64,000 bases of DNA from Candidatus Udaeobacter sp. (GTDB lineage: Bacteria > Verrucomicrobiota > Verrucomicrobiia > Chthoniobacterales > UBA10450), in the NCBI GenBank assembly GCA_036495045.1, contig DASXNN010000093.1:27583-91582 (forward strand), written 5' to 3'. Shown here in pieces: positions 29,269-38,109 of this stretch. How positions within the stretch are numbered: position 1 is the stretch's first letter; each line of letters opens with the position of its first letter. The position numbers and the translations under genes were made by a program. Under the pieces are notes generated by a model. It ran no database searches. It saw only the letters and a program-made list of their open reading frames with translations, and was not told the DNA's origin.

Positions 29269-29967
29269 ATGAGAAAATTAGTGTTGTCCCTGTTGGGCTT
29301 CGGCGCGATGGCGTCGCTAGCTTTTGCTGGTACCGAAACCTATGGCGGCAAGGAAATGAAGCAGGTGGCAGCGCCACCGCCTTGCCCGGAATGGTACGCC
29401 GATAACGAATTCAACATCAGTCTTTGGGGTACGTATATTTTTACCGGGAACGAGTGGCAAAATGACCGCTACCTCGAGTCCGACCACGCTTGGGGCGGTG
29501 GTGGGGATATCAAATACTTTTTCATGCGCTACTTCGGTGTCGGTGTTGAAGGCTGGGCGGCCAGTGCCAGGCGACGTGTCTTGAATTTCGGGGAATTTGA
29601 GAACGGGGACCAGGAGTTTTTCTTTGCTACGAGCAGCCACGATTCGCGTGTGGTGGGTGCCGTCCTGGGCACATTGACGCTGCGTTATCCGTTTCACTGT
29701 TCGCGCTTCTCGCCTTACATTTTCGGTGGTGGCGGCGCGATCTTTGGCGGCGGCGAAAGGGATACGTTTACGGACAGTGAAAGCCCTGACGTCCTCACTA
29801 ATTCTCACTCCGACACTAAGACGAGGGCGATTGGCCAAGTCGGCGGCGGCTTGGAAATTCGCTTAACTCGGCACATCGGTTGGATCAGTGATTTCAGCTG
29901 GAACTTTGTCGACGGTCCAGACAACAACTTCGGCATGGTGCGCACCGGGGTTAATTTCGCGTTCTAA
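29269..29967 (+). CDS. outer-membrane beta-barrel protein
   Basis: Strong RBS (AAAGGAGAAATAAAAAATG) and signal peptide ...ASLAFA. Alternating beta-strand pattern with a C-terminal aromatic residue (GVNFAF). Confidence 0.7.
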   Translation: MRKLVLSLLGFGAMASLAFAGTETYGGKEMKQVAAPPPCPEWYADNEFNISLWGTYIFTGNEWQNDRYLESDHAWGGGGDIKYFFMRYFGVGVEGWAASARRRVLNFGEFENGDQEFFFATSSHDSRVVGAVLGTLTLRYPFHCSRFSPYIFGGGGAIFGGGERDTFTDSESPDVLTNSHSDTKTRAIGQVGGGLEIRLTRHIGWISDFSWNFVDGPDNNFGMVRTGVNFAF

Positions 29968-29975
29968 GATCGACA
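29966..29975 (+). repeat. copy of the 10-mer AAGATCGACA overlapping the OMP stop codon
   Basis: Context is ttc TAAGATCGACAA tcgg, with TAA at 29965-29967. This is the same 12-mer as at the gspE stop. Confidence 0.9.
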
Positions 29976-29990
29976 ATCGGTATTTGCGGC

Positions 29991-30028
29991 GGCGGCATCC
30001 GGATTTCACCGGATGCCGCCGTTTTTTT
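29991..30028 (+). terminator. strong intrinsic terminator of the OMP gene
   Basis: GGCGGCATCCGG, loop atttca, CCGGATGCCGCC (12-bp perfect stem), followed by G and TTTTTTT. Confidence 0.88.
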
Positions 30029-30126
30029 ATAGACGGTACTTATATTTCGTCGGACACACGCTCGAAGGAGTTCGTTGGTGGATGTGGTTGACATTTGCGA
30101 ATGCTGGCACGGGGACGAAATTATTG

Positions 30127-31254
30127 ATGATGTCGTTCGTTGAGACCCTGGACAATTTGGCCCTCAGGAAATCGGAGCTCGTCCGCCGGTTCGAACGCTT
30201 GATCGCTCTGAAATCAAACCACGAGTTGGAAGCCATGGCGCAAGCTTCGCGCGAGCTCACACTGCAGAATTTCGGCCGGACGATGCGTCTCTTCGCGCCG
30301 CTTTACCTTTCCAACGAATGCATCAACAACTGCCGATACTGCGGATTCTCCCGGGACAACCCAATTCTTCGCGTTACCCTCAGCGTTGAGGAGGTCGTCG
30401 CCGAAGCGCTACACCTGTCGCGAGCGGGCTTTCGCCAAATTCTTCTCGTTGCCGGGGAGCATCCTAAGTTCGTCGGCCGCGATTATCTCGCGGAATGCGT
30501 GCGAGCTCTCGCTTCGGATTTTTCGTCGATCGCAATCGAAGTCGGTCCGATGGAAATGCAGGATTATATTCCGATTGTCAACGCTGGCGCGGATGGGCTG
30601 GTCGTTTATCAGGAAACTTACAACCGTGGCGTCTATGCCGAATTGCACACGGCCGGGCCGAAGCGCGATTTCAATTTTCGCCTCGACTGCGCAGAGCGCG
30701 GTTACGCGGCCGGGTTTCGCCGCCTTGGAATCGGGGTGCTTTTTGGTTTATCGCGCTGGCAGGACGAAGCCATCGCGCTGGCGGCGCATCTGGAATATTT
30801 GTTCAAGCATTGCTGGCAGGCGCAAATTACGGTGAGCTTGCCGCGGTTGCGTCCTGCCGCCGGTGGATTCCGTCCGGTCTTTTCGGTGAGCGATCGCGAG
30901 TTGGCGCAATTAGTTTGCGCGTTGCGCATTACATTTCCGCAGGTTGGCATCGTCCTGAGCACACGCGAGTGCGCGTTGCTCCGCGATTCGCTGGTCACGT
31001 TAGGCGTGACCATGATGAGCGCGGGCAGCCATACCGAGCCTGGCGGTTATACCCGGCAAGGCAGCAAACATCTGCACCGCACTGTGCGTGGTCGAATCGT
31101 GGCGCCCGATTTTCAGGACGGAGAAGACCAGCTTGCGACCGGGCAATTTGAGATCAGCGACGAGCGATCGCCTGCTGAAATCGCCGCGACCCTGCGACGC
31201 CGCGGTTTCGAACCGGTTTGGAAAGATTGGGATCAGGCGTTGATGAGTGCATGA
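30127..31254 (+). CDS. thiH: 2-iminoacetate synthase ThiH (radical SAM)
   Basis: YLSNECINNCRYCGF CxxxCxxC cluster; YQETYN, SLPRLRP and a C-terminal FEPVWKDWD like E. coli ThiH. Start at ATG 30127 or 30130 (MMSFVETL). Confidence 0.85.
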   Translation: MMSFVETLDNLALRKSELVRRFERLIALKSNHELEAMAQASRELTLQNFGRTMRLFAPLYLSNECINNCRYCGFSRDNPILRVTLSVEEVVAEALHLSRAGFRQILLVAGEHPKFVGRDYLAECVRALASDFSSIAIEVGPMEMQDYIPIVNAGADGLVVYQETYNRGVYAELHTAGPKRDFNFRLDCAERGYAAGFRRLGIGVLFGLSRWQDEAIALAAHLEYLFKHCWQAQITVSLPRLRPAAGGFRPVFSVSDRELAQLVCALRITFPQVGIVLSTRECALLRDSLVTLGVTMMSAGSHTEPGGYTRQGSKHLHRTVRGRIVAPDFQDGEDQLATGQFEISDERSPAEIAATLRRRGFEPVWKDWDQALMSA

Positions 31255-31265
31255 CGATTTCGCGT

Positions 31266-31288
31266 GTAGCGGCGGTCTACGACCGCCG
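31266..31288 (+). repeat. GTAG-headed perfect 8-bp/3-nt-loop hairpin (REP-like) between thiH and thiS
   Basis: GTAG, then CGGCGGTC, loop tac, then GACCGCCG. Confidence 0.4.
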
Positions 31289-31306
31289 AAATCAAGTCTG
31301 GGCTGC

Positions 31307-31507
31307 ATGACGATCTCATTGAATGGCGAAAAAGCGGATGCACGCGACGCGGAAACGATCGCGCAACTCGTAGAGCGCTATCAATTGCCGTCGCAAACTA
31401 CTTTGGTAGAGCACAACGGAGTCGCCCTGCATCGAGATGAATGGGTGGAACGATCATTAGCCGAAGGTGACCGTGTCGAATTTATTCGCGTCATAGCGGG
31501 CGGATAG
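31307..31507 (+). CDS. thiS: sulfur carrier protein ThiS
   Basis: 66 aa starting at the internal ATG (MTISLNGEK). Ends in GG (IRVIAGG), which is typical of ThiS. Confidence 0.8.
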   Translation: MTISLNGEKADARDAETIAQLVERYQLPSQTTLVEHNGVALHRDEWVERSLAEGDRVEFIRVIAGG

Positions 31508-31514
31508 CTTAACT

Positions 31515-32930
31515 TCACCCTGCGCTTTTCACGATTACTCGCATGCCGTCCGTCTGGATGATCGTTATCGGCGTTTGTGCGGCGATGAATTCTCCTTCGG
31601 TCACAACATCAACGACCTGATCCGCAAAGCGCGCTTTCCCGCTCGGCCGCAGGATTGTGATGGCGGTACCCCGCGCTCCGGGGGTGAGTGCGAATGCAGT
31701 GGCAAATTCACGCGGCGCGCCGACGAGAGATGGACCTGGAGGATTTGAGGTGATGAGAGCAAACCGTCTATAAAGCCCTGTACGCGGCAGATAACGCGCG
31801 AGAATGGCGATTACGATTGCGGCGGCGATAATCGCGAGGAAAAGCTTGAGCAGCGGCATCGCCAGCATTTGGCCGGTCGGAAAAAATGTTTCGCCGGGAT
31901 AACGATCAATCATTGCCCAGAGCAGAGACGCGACGATGAGAAAAATGCCCAATACACCGAAAACGATGGTGGAATGCGCAAAAAAGAGGATTTCGATTAA
32001 AACGAGCGCGATGCCCAATATGAAAAGTGCAACTACTTCCCACCCCGCGAGCCCCGCCACATAATGGCCGAGAAAAAAGAGCGCAAAACAAATCGCCGAA
32101 ATAATTCCCGGCAGACTCGCGCCCGGAATTTTGAATTCGAGATACGCGCCGAGGATCCCGCCCAGAAGGAGCAATGGCGCCAACGCGGTGATCCAAAAAG
32201 CGAGTTGCTCAAAGCCGCTCGGATTAAGAGCCACGATGTTGCCTTTGAGTCCGGCTTTTTGTGTTAGATCGACAACCGAAGCGGCGATACCATCGGCCAG
32301 CAATGGTTTGCCATTGATTTTTTCCGTCGCTTCCTGCGCGCTCAAAGTCAGTACCGTTCCTTTCGGATGAATCACGCGATCCCCGATTTTCACCTCCTTC
32401 TCCTTGTTTATGAACGCTTCACCGACATCGGGATTATGTCCGTTCTTGCTGGCGGAGCTTCGAGTCAAAGCCGTCCAATACGAAATTGTCTTCTCACGTT
32501 CGGTTAATGGAAGATCTTCTCCCGTTAGCAAAACGGGCGCAGCAGCACCAATCGCGCTTACCGGCGCCATGTAAATATGCTGTGTAGCGAGTGCGATAAG
32601 CGAACCGGCCGACCCTGCGTTGGAATTAATGAATGTGTAAGTCGGAATCGTGGCGTGGTTGAGCACGTTTGTTATTTCTGCGGCGCTGTCGAGTCGCCCG
32701 CCGTAAGTATCCATTTCAAAAATAATCGCCGAGGCGCCGCTGCTCTCGGCTGCTTTTTCCGCGCGACGTAAAAACATCAGGAGCGAAGGCGAAATTTCCC
32801 CCCGCAGCGGGATCACAATTATGTCGCCTTTATGTATGACGTCGCGCGCCTGGGCCATCTCCACTCCCAGACAGCAAATCAAAGCGAAAATTGGGAGTCT
32901 CTTTGTGATATTTGGAAAGCGACCGCGCAC
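31515..32930 (-). CDS. NfeD-family membrane-bound ClpP-class serine protease
   Basis: IIVIPLRGEISPSLLMFLRRAEK..IIFEMDTYGGRLDSA..SAGSLIALA, then multiple TM helices and a C-terminal OB-like domain. Start set at GTG 32930, giving a plausible signal peptide (RGRFPNITKRLPIFALICCLGVEMAQA). The track ORF extends to 33458, antisense to dnaG. Confidence 0.8.
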   Translation of the reverse strand: MRGRFPNITKRLPIFALICCLGVEMAQARDVIHKGDIIVIPLRGEISPSLLMFLRRAEKAAESSGASAIIFEMDTYGGRLDSAAEITNVLNHATIPTYTFINSNAGSAGSLIALATQHIYMAPVSAIGAAAPVLLTGEDLPLTEREKTISYWTALTRSSASKNGHNPDVGEAFINKEKEVKIGDRVIHPKGTVLTLSAQEATEKINGKPLLADGIAASVVDLTQKAGLKGNIVALNPSGFEQLAFWITALAPLLLLGGILGAYLEFKIPGASLPGIISAICFALFFLGHYVAGLAGWEVVALFILGIALVLIEILFFAHSTIVFGVLGIFLIVASLLWAMIDRYPGETFFPTGQMLAMPLLKLFLAIIAAAIVIAILARYLPRTGLYRRFALITSNPPGPSLVGAPREFATAFALTPGARGTAITILRPSGKARFADQVVDVVTEGEFIAAQTPITIIQTDGMRVIVKSAG

Positions 32931-32984
32931 TGCGTAAGTTTGCCATCGCTTCTCAAAGCAAACGAGCGAAAAATCCAACGCCTT

Positions 32985-34820
32985 ATGGGAACGATCCCAA
33001 CTGAAGCTATCGAACAAATCGCGGCAGCGAACGACATCGTCGAGGTGATCGGTTCCTATTTTCCGCTCAAACGAGCGGGCGCAAATTTCAAGGCCCTTTG
33101 CCCATTCCATCAGGAGAAAACGCCGTCCTTTCACGTGAGCCCGCAGCGCCAAACATTCCACTGCTTCGGGTGTGGTGTAGGCGGAAGCGTTTTCCGTTTT
33201 GTTATGGATTATGAGCACATCGATTTTCCCGCAGCGGTGCGCAAGCTCGCGGCACGTGTCGGGATTCCGGTTGTAGAGAAGGGGGGTGCCATGATCGACG
33301 AAGATCGAGAACGCGCGGGGCGGCGCCGGTTGTTGCAACTGCACGCGGAAGCCGCCGAATGGTTCCATGGGAATCTGATCAAAAGGGAATTCGCAAGGCC
33401 AGCGCGCAAATATCTGAAAGAGCGTGGCATCACAGCAGAAGTCGCGAAGCGATGGCAAATCGGTTATGCGCCGGATGAATGGGATGCGTTTGGGAGGTGG
33501 GCACGCGACCGCGGTTACGATCCGCGTGATCTCGTCGCAAGCGGCCTGGTCAAGACCAAAGACGATGCAGCAGACGCGCCGAGTCGATCAGCCTACGATC
33601 GGTTTCGTGGCCGAATCATGTTTCCGATCTGTAACGACATCAGTGAAGTGATCGCATTCAGCGGACGCCTCCTCAAAGACGAGGAGGGAGCGGCGAAATA
33701 CTTGAATTCGCCGGAGACGCCGCTCTTTCAGAAAGGACGTGTCTTGTTTGGGCTGCACAAAAGCAAGCGCGCCTTGATCGAAGCGAATTGTGCAATCGTC
33801 TGCGAAGGACAGCTCGATCTAATCTCTCTCTTTGAAGCGGGGATTAAGAACGTTGTTGCTCCGCAAGGGACAGCGTTCACTGAACGTCAGGCAAAGGTTC
33901 TCAAACGATACGTGAATGAGATTGTTCTCTGTTACGATTCCGATACAGCTGGCCAAAAGGCCGCGCATAGATCATTGAGCCCGCTATTGCGCCTAATAGT
34001 CGATAAGGCTTGGTGGGAGGCGTTTGCAAACAATCTGTATTTGCGAATTGCGGAAATGCCGCCAGGCAAAGATCCGGACGTTTTAATCCGCGAAGAAGGC
34101 GCAGAATCTTTCCGGGAGAGAATTACAAAAGCGCCGGACTTCTTCGATTATTGGATCGATAGAGCAATCCATGAAACGGACCTGTCATCTTTGAAAGCAA
34201 AGTTGGATTTGGCGGGTTCACTTGCAGAGACCGTTTCTGAAATCCACGACCCTATCTTTCGCGGCCAAGTAGCGCACAACGTAGCGTCTCGCTTGGCAAT
34301 CCCAGTGGACGAATTCAATTCTCTCATCAAAAAGCCTGCAATCGCGCAGAGCCCGACTCAACCCGAATACGTGGAGGTTGTGCGTGGGCACGACATTGCG
34401 ATGCTTTGTCTGCTTGCGTTGCGCGATGAAGCAGCCCGCAATTTTCTTCTCGAACAAAACTGGCGCGAAGTCTTGGCCCAAACGCCCGGGGCGGAATTTC
34501 TTGTTCGTGTTCTCGATGCCAATATCCGGCTCGAGGACGCGGCCTCACTTAATGCCTTTATGGCCATCCTCTCGCCGCAGGAGGAAGGCCTGGTCTCCGC
34601 GTGGCTAATGCAGAAGATGCCGCCAAATGCGAAGGCAGTGGTCGAGGATTGGTGGAACGGATTGCGACAGGCGTCGCTCCGGCGCCAGCTCGAAATCGCC
34701 GAGGGCCGAATGAAGCTTCCCGGGCTAAGCACCGGCGACGTGGTTAATTTGCAGAAAGAAATCCTTGACCTGCAAGAACAGCTCCACGAGCTTTCGCCCG
34801 CTCGCAAAGCCGACAGTTAA
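32985..34820 (+). CDS. dnaG: DNA primase
   Basis: Start at ATG 32985 (MGTIPTEAIEQI). Zinc ribbon CPFHQEKTPSFHV..FHCFGCG and a TOPRIM region (EGQLDLISL, DSDTAGQKAA). Confidence 0.95.
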   Translation: MGTIPTEAIEQIAAANDIVEVIGSYFPLKRAGANFKALCPFHQEKTPSFHVSPQRQTFHCFGCGVGGSVFRFVMDYEHIDFPAAVRKLAARVGIPVVEKGGAMIDEDRERAGRRRLLQLHAEAAEWFHGNLIKREFARPARKYLKERGITAEVAKRWQIGYAPDEWDAFGRWARDRGYDPRDLVASGLVKTKDDAADAPSRSAYDRFRGRIMFPICNDISEVIAFSGRLLKDEEGAAKYLNSPETPLFQKGRVLFGLHKSKRALIEANCAIVCEGQLDLISLFEAGIKNVVAPQGTAFTERQAKVLKRYVNEIVLCYDSDTAGQKAAHRSLSPLLRLIVDKAWWEAFANNLYLRIAEMPPGKDPDVLIREEGAESFRERITKAPDFFDYWIDRAIHETDLSSLKAKLDLAGSLAETVSEIHDPIFRGQVAHNVASRLAIPVDEFNSLIKKPAIAQSPTQPEYVEVVRGHDIAMLCLLALRDEAARNFLLEQNWREVLAQTPGAEFLVRVLDANIRLEDAASLNAFMAILSPQEEGLVSAWLMQKMPPNAKAVVEDWWNGLRQASLRRQLEIAEGRMKLPGLSTGDVVNLQKEILDLQEQLHELSPARKADS

Positions 34821-36731
34821 TTGGCGGTCTACGGGCAGCTGATCGAACGTCTCAGTCAAATCCTTAACCACTTAATCTTGGCCAGGCATTCGAAACGAAG
34901 GGGAGGCAGCCGAAAGTCGTCGTCACAACGGCTTAAAACGAGACAACTTCGCCGTCGTTCGATAAAAAAGGCTTCAGGTCGCCGGCGAAATCTTAAGAAA
35001 CGGCCAAAAATCGCCGCGCTCAAAGGCGAAGATATTACTCTTGTCCGAGGGCAGCAACCCAACGGCGAACAGCTGGGAAAGGCGCAAAACGGATTCGCGG
35101 CGGCGCATCTGGATTCCGCGATCGAAACTGAGGGGCGCATTCGCGAGCTAATCAAGCTGGCGAAGGAACAAGGTTATCTCACATTCGACGACCTAAACGA
35201 GGCGTTGCCCAGAGGGATTACCGACGCCGACGAGCTCGATCTCATTCTCACACGGCTGCGCCGCATGGAGATCGACATTATTGAAGCTTCGGAGGTGGAC
35301 CGCTACAAGGATGGGAAAAAAGACGCAGAGGAAGAGGAGGAAGAGGAAGAGAAACCCGAAGCGAAGCTCGACATTCTCGACGATCCAGTGCGCATGTATC
35401 TCAAGCAGATGGGCCAGGTCCCTCTACTGACCCGGGAGCAGGAAGTGGAAATTTCCAAACGGATTGAGGAAGCCGAAAATATGGTGCAGAAGCACATCAA
35501 TCGGTTCGGCTTTATTGCTCATGCCCATCTTGAGCTTGCCAGAAAACTTGCCGAGGGCCGGGAAAGATTTGATCGCGTCATTCTAGACAAAAAAATCGAG
35601 AGCCGCGAACGCTACATGAAGAAACTTCCCCACTTGTGTAAGCAGGTGGAACGATTAAGCGTGTGGATCAGTCAGCAATACGGCCAAGTTTCGCGCAATC
35701 CCTCAAAAAAACGATCGGCGAAACTCAAGTCTATACAAAGAGCGATAACTTCGTTGCAAAGATCTTATCCCCATTTCTACTTCAAGCAAAAAGTCATGGA
35801 AGAATTTGTTCACCTGGCGGACGAGGCCTACCACACATCGCTCTATCTGCAGACCGAAATAGCGAAACGTCCAGCCGATCGAAAGAAACGTTTACAACTC
35901 GGGAACAAAGTAGGCGAGTTAGAAAAGAGCTTGTGGTTTTCACTCGCTGAATATGCCGAGCAGTACCAGGCGCTGAAAGGTTGGGTGCGGCAGGCATTAC
36001 GAGCTAAAACCGAAATGGTGGAAGCCAACCTTCGCCTTGTTATTTCGATCGCAAAAAAGTACACGAACCGCGGTCTTTCGTTCCTCGATTTGATCCAGGA
36101 AGGAAACATGGGGTTGATGAAAGCGGTGGAGAAGTTTGAATATCGGCGCGGCTACAAATTTTCCACGTACGCAACCTGGTGGATTCGTCAGGCAATCACG
36201 CGAGCAATCGCCGATCAGGCGCGCACTATTCGGATCCCCGTTCACATGATCGAGACCATCAATAAGCTCATGCGGGTGCAAAAACAGCTTGTTCAGGAAT
36301 ATGGGCGCGAACCTTCGCCGGAAGAGGTGGCGGAAGAAGTTCTATTGCCCGTCGAGCGCGTCCGCGCGGTCTTGAAGATGGCCCAACAGCCGATCTCGCT
36401 CCAATCGCCCGTGGGCGAAAGCGAAGAGACTAATTTCGGCGACTTTATCGAGGATAAGGGCGCGGAAAATCCCAGCGACATGACGGCCATTGTTTTGCTG
36501 AAAGAGAAAATCAAGGACGTGCTTGAGACACTCACTGAACGGGAGCGGCAAGTGCTTGAACAACGGTTTGGCCTCGTCGATGGATACAGCCGAACTCTCG
36601 AGGAAGTAGGCCGGCAGTTTCAGGTCACGCGGGAGCGCATTCGTCAAATCGAAGCCAAAGCGTTGCGGAAAATGCGGCATCCGACCCGCATCCGACAGCT
36701 TGAAGGCTTCCTTGAAGCGGCTGACCTTTAA
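34821..36731 (+). CDS. rpoD: primary RNA polymerase sigma factor RpoD with a basic N-terminal extension
   Basis: Region 1.1 ([19 protein letters not shown]), an acidic stretch, region 1.2, 2.x ([49 protein letters not shown]) and 4.2 ([27 protein letters not shown]). There is no in-frame ATG upstream of region 1.1. Start is TTG 34821 (directly after the dnaG TAA) or TTG 34878. Confidence 0.9.
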   Translation: MAVYGQLIERLSQILNHLILARHSKRRGGSRKSSSQRLKTRQLRRRSIKKASGRRRNLKKRPKIAALKGEDITLVRGQQPNGEQLGKAQNGFAAAHLDSAIETEGRIRELIKLAKEQGYLTFDDLNEALPRGITDADELDLILTRLRRMEIDIIEASEVDRYKDGKKDAEEEEEEEEKPEAKLDILDDPVRMYLKQMGQVPLLTREQEVEISKRIEEAENMVQKHINRFGFIAHAHLELARKLAEGRERFDRVILDKKIESRERYMKKLPHLCKQVERLSVWISQQYGQVSRNPSKKRSAKLKSIQRAITSLQRSYPHFYFKQKVMEEFVHLADEAYHTSLYLQTEIAKRPADRKKRLQLGNKVGELEKSLWFSLAEYAEQYQALKGWVRQALRAKTEMVEANLRLVISIAKKYTNRGLSFLDLIQEGNMGLMKAVEKFEYRRGYKFSTYATWWIRQAITRAIADQARTIRIPVHMIETINKLMRVQKQLVQEYGREPSPEEVAEEVLLPVERVRAVLKMAQQPISLQSPVGESEETNFGDFIEDKGAENPSDMTAIVLLKEKIKDVLETLTERERQVLEQRFGLVDGYSRTLEEVGRQFQVTRERIRQIEAKALRKMRHPTRIRQLEGFLEAADL

Positions 36732-36803
36732 TACCGGGCTTCTAGAATTCCTTCCGAGCGCAACTTTCAAAGCTGCAATCAGTTCAATTCACGGAGAGAG
36801 AAT

Positions 36804-37157
36804 ATGAAACGTGAAGATGACCAGGAATTGTGGGATCTCCTCGGCCGCGCGGCCGAGCCCGAGCTTTCGCCATTTTTCGCCCGCAACATCGTGAGACAAG
36901 TCCGGCAGGACGGTGGCCTCTCCGAGCGGATGCGAAAATGGATCAGCTTGCGCAAACTCATCCCGGCATCTGCGATGGCAATTGCCCTGATGGCGGCGAT
37001 AATGGCTACTCATCATCCTGTGTCACAGAAATCCTCGGAGAGCGAGCCAGATGCGGTGGCAAAGATTGATCCCCAAGATTATGAGGTCGTCGCCGATCTG
37101 GATGAGCTGCTCGCTGTGGATAAAGGCAGCCTGTGGGACGAAAAGCCAACCTTGTAA
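36804..37157 (+). CDS. small single-pass membrane protein resembling ECF anti-sigma factors
   Basis: RBS GGAGAGAGAAT before the ATG. Cytoplasmic DQELWDLLGRAAEPELSPFFARNIVRQV, one TM helix (IPASAMAIALMAAIMA) and a short acidic periplasmic tail. The anti-sigma assignment is by architecture only. Confidence 0.5.
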   Translation: MKREDDQELWDLLGRAAEPELSPFFARNIVRQVRQDGGLSERMRKWISLRKLIPASAMAIALMAAIMATHHPVSQKSSESEPDAVAKIDPQDYEVVADLDELLAVDKGSLWDEKPTL

Positions 37158-37660
37158 AGATAATCATTACGTTGTCGATCCTCGCCTCGTCCTGCGCCTT
37201 TGGGCAAGCGCAGCCGCAGCGCGGCAATGGGCGAAGAGAAGGGCCGGGCCCCGGGTTTGGACCGACGCGGCGCCCGCCAGTGCCGAGTGTGCGCGAGCGG
37301 TGGTCTTCGCTTCCGCCAGCCGAGCGGCAGATTTTCCAGCGAAATGCAGAGCGCTGGATGCGAATGAGCCCGCAAGAGCGCCAGATCATGCGTCAGCGAG
37401 AGGCTTTGCGTCGCGAACAAATCAGACGCGAAACTGAGGCAGCTTTACGCGATTCCGGCCTGACGCTGAATCCCGAAAGGCGTAATTTGTTTGAGTCTCG
37501 CTATATTCAAGAGCGTCGCAAAATCGAACAATCACTCCGCCAGCAAATCGAGGCTGAGCGACAGCAGCAACTGCCATCTTTGATTCAACAGTTAAAAAAA
37601 GAGTTCCAGCCCCAGCAGTCGAACGGCCCCGTTACAGCGAAACCGACCGGGTCGCCTTAA
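37133..37660 (+). CDS. secreted DUF3106-like protein (RW..LSP.ER repeats, coiled-coil)
   Basis: GTG start overlaps the previous gene by 25 nt. Signal peptide KIIITLSILASSCAFG. Motifs ERWSSLPPAERQIF and ERWMRMSPQERQIM resemble DUF3106 repeats. Confidence 0.55.
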   Translation: MGRKANLVKIIITLSILASSCAFGQAQPQRGNGRREGPGPGFGPTRRPPVPSVRERWSSLPPAERQIFQRNAERWMRMSPQERQIMRQREALRREQIRRETEAALRDSGLTLNPERRNLFESRYIQERRKIEQSLRQQIEAERQQQLPSLIQQLKKEFQPQQSNGPVTAKPTGSP

Positions 37661-37728
37661 ATCTGGCAAAAGCGAATCATCCCCAAGGGATCGATAAGAA
37701 GGGTGCGGCCGGCAACACCTGTTATTGC

Positions 37729-37762
37729 AAAAAAAGAGCTGGCTCGTATGACGAGCCAGCTC
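37729..37762 (-). terminator. intrinsic terminator of the Tyr-rich peptide gene (also a hairpin for the convergent plus-strand unit)
   Basis: GAGCTGGCTCG (37736-37746), loop tatga, CGAGCCAGCTC (37752-37762): an 11-bp perfect stem. The A7 run at 37729-37735 reads as U7 on the minus strand. Confidence 0.8.
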
Positions 37763-37785
37763 AGCGGATTTAGTCCTACGTCACC

Positions 37786-38058
37786 TTAATACCGATGGTA
37801 ATGGTGACGATGGTGGCGGTAATATCGATGGCCTCCGGACCAGTAGAATGAAGGCCCCCCATAGTAATAGTAAGGGTACGGCCGATAATACGGATAGGGA
37901 TAATAGCCATATCCATAGTAGCCCGGGTAGCCATAGCCGTAGTACCCCGGGAACCCAAATCCGATCCCGACCGACACACCCGCGTCAGAGCGCTGTGCCG
38001 AAGCAAAAGCGAACCCGCCTGCCACCAATCCAATTAAGAGAAGTCGTTTCCAGTTCAT
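37786..38058 (-). CDS. small secreted Tyr/Gly/Pro/His-rich low-complexity protein
   Basis: Strong SD (GGGAGGT, then 5 nt, then ATG). Signal peptide MNWKRLLLIGLVAGGFAFASA. Mature sequence GFPGYYGYGYPGYYGYGYYPYPYYRPYPYYYYGG...HRYYRHHRHHYHRY. A terminator follows 24 nt after the stop. Confidence 0.7.
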   Translation of the reverse strand: MNWKRLLLIGLVAGGFAFASAQRSDAGVSVGIGFGFPGYYGYGYPGYYGYGYYPYPYYRPYPYYYYGGPSFYWSGGHRYYRHHRHHYHRY

Positions 38059-38109
38059 ATTTTACCTCCCACTTAATTAAACAGCGGGTACGGCGAAAAG
38101 TTGCCCGGT

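Noticed and set aside
30029-30126. Possible TPP (THI-box) riboswitch upstream of thiH, suggested by ...GAATGCTGGCACGGGGA...
   Set aside because: The conserved CTGAGA and ACCC elements and the CUGG...CCAG P5 helix are missing. Only a short chance resemblance to the AATGCCAGCG..GGGA segment remains.
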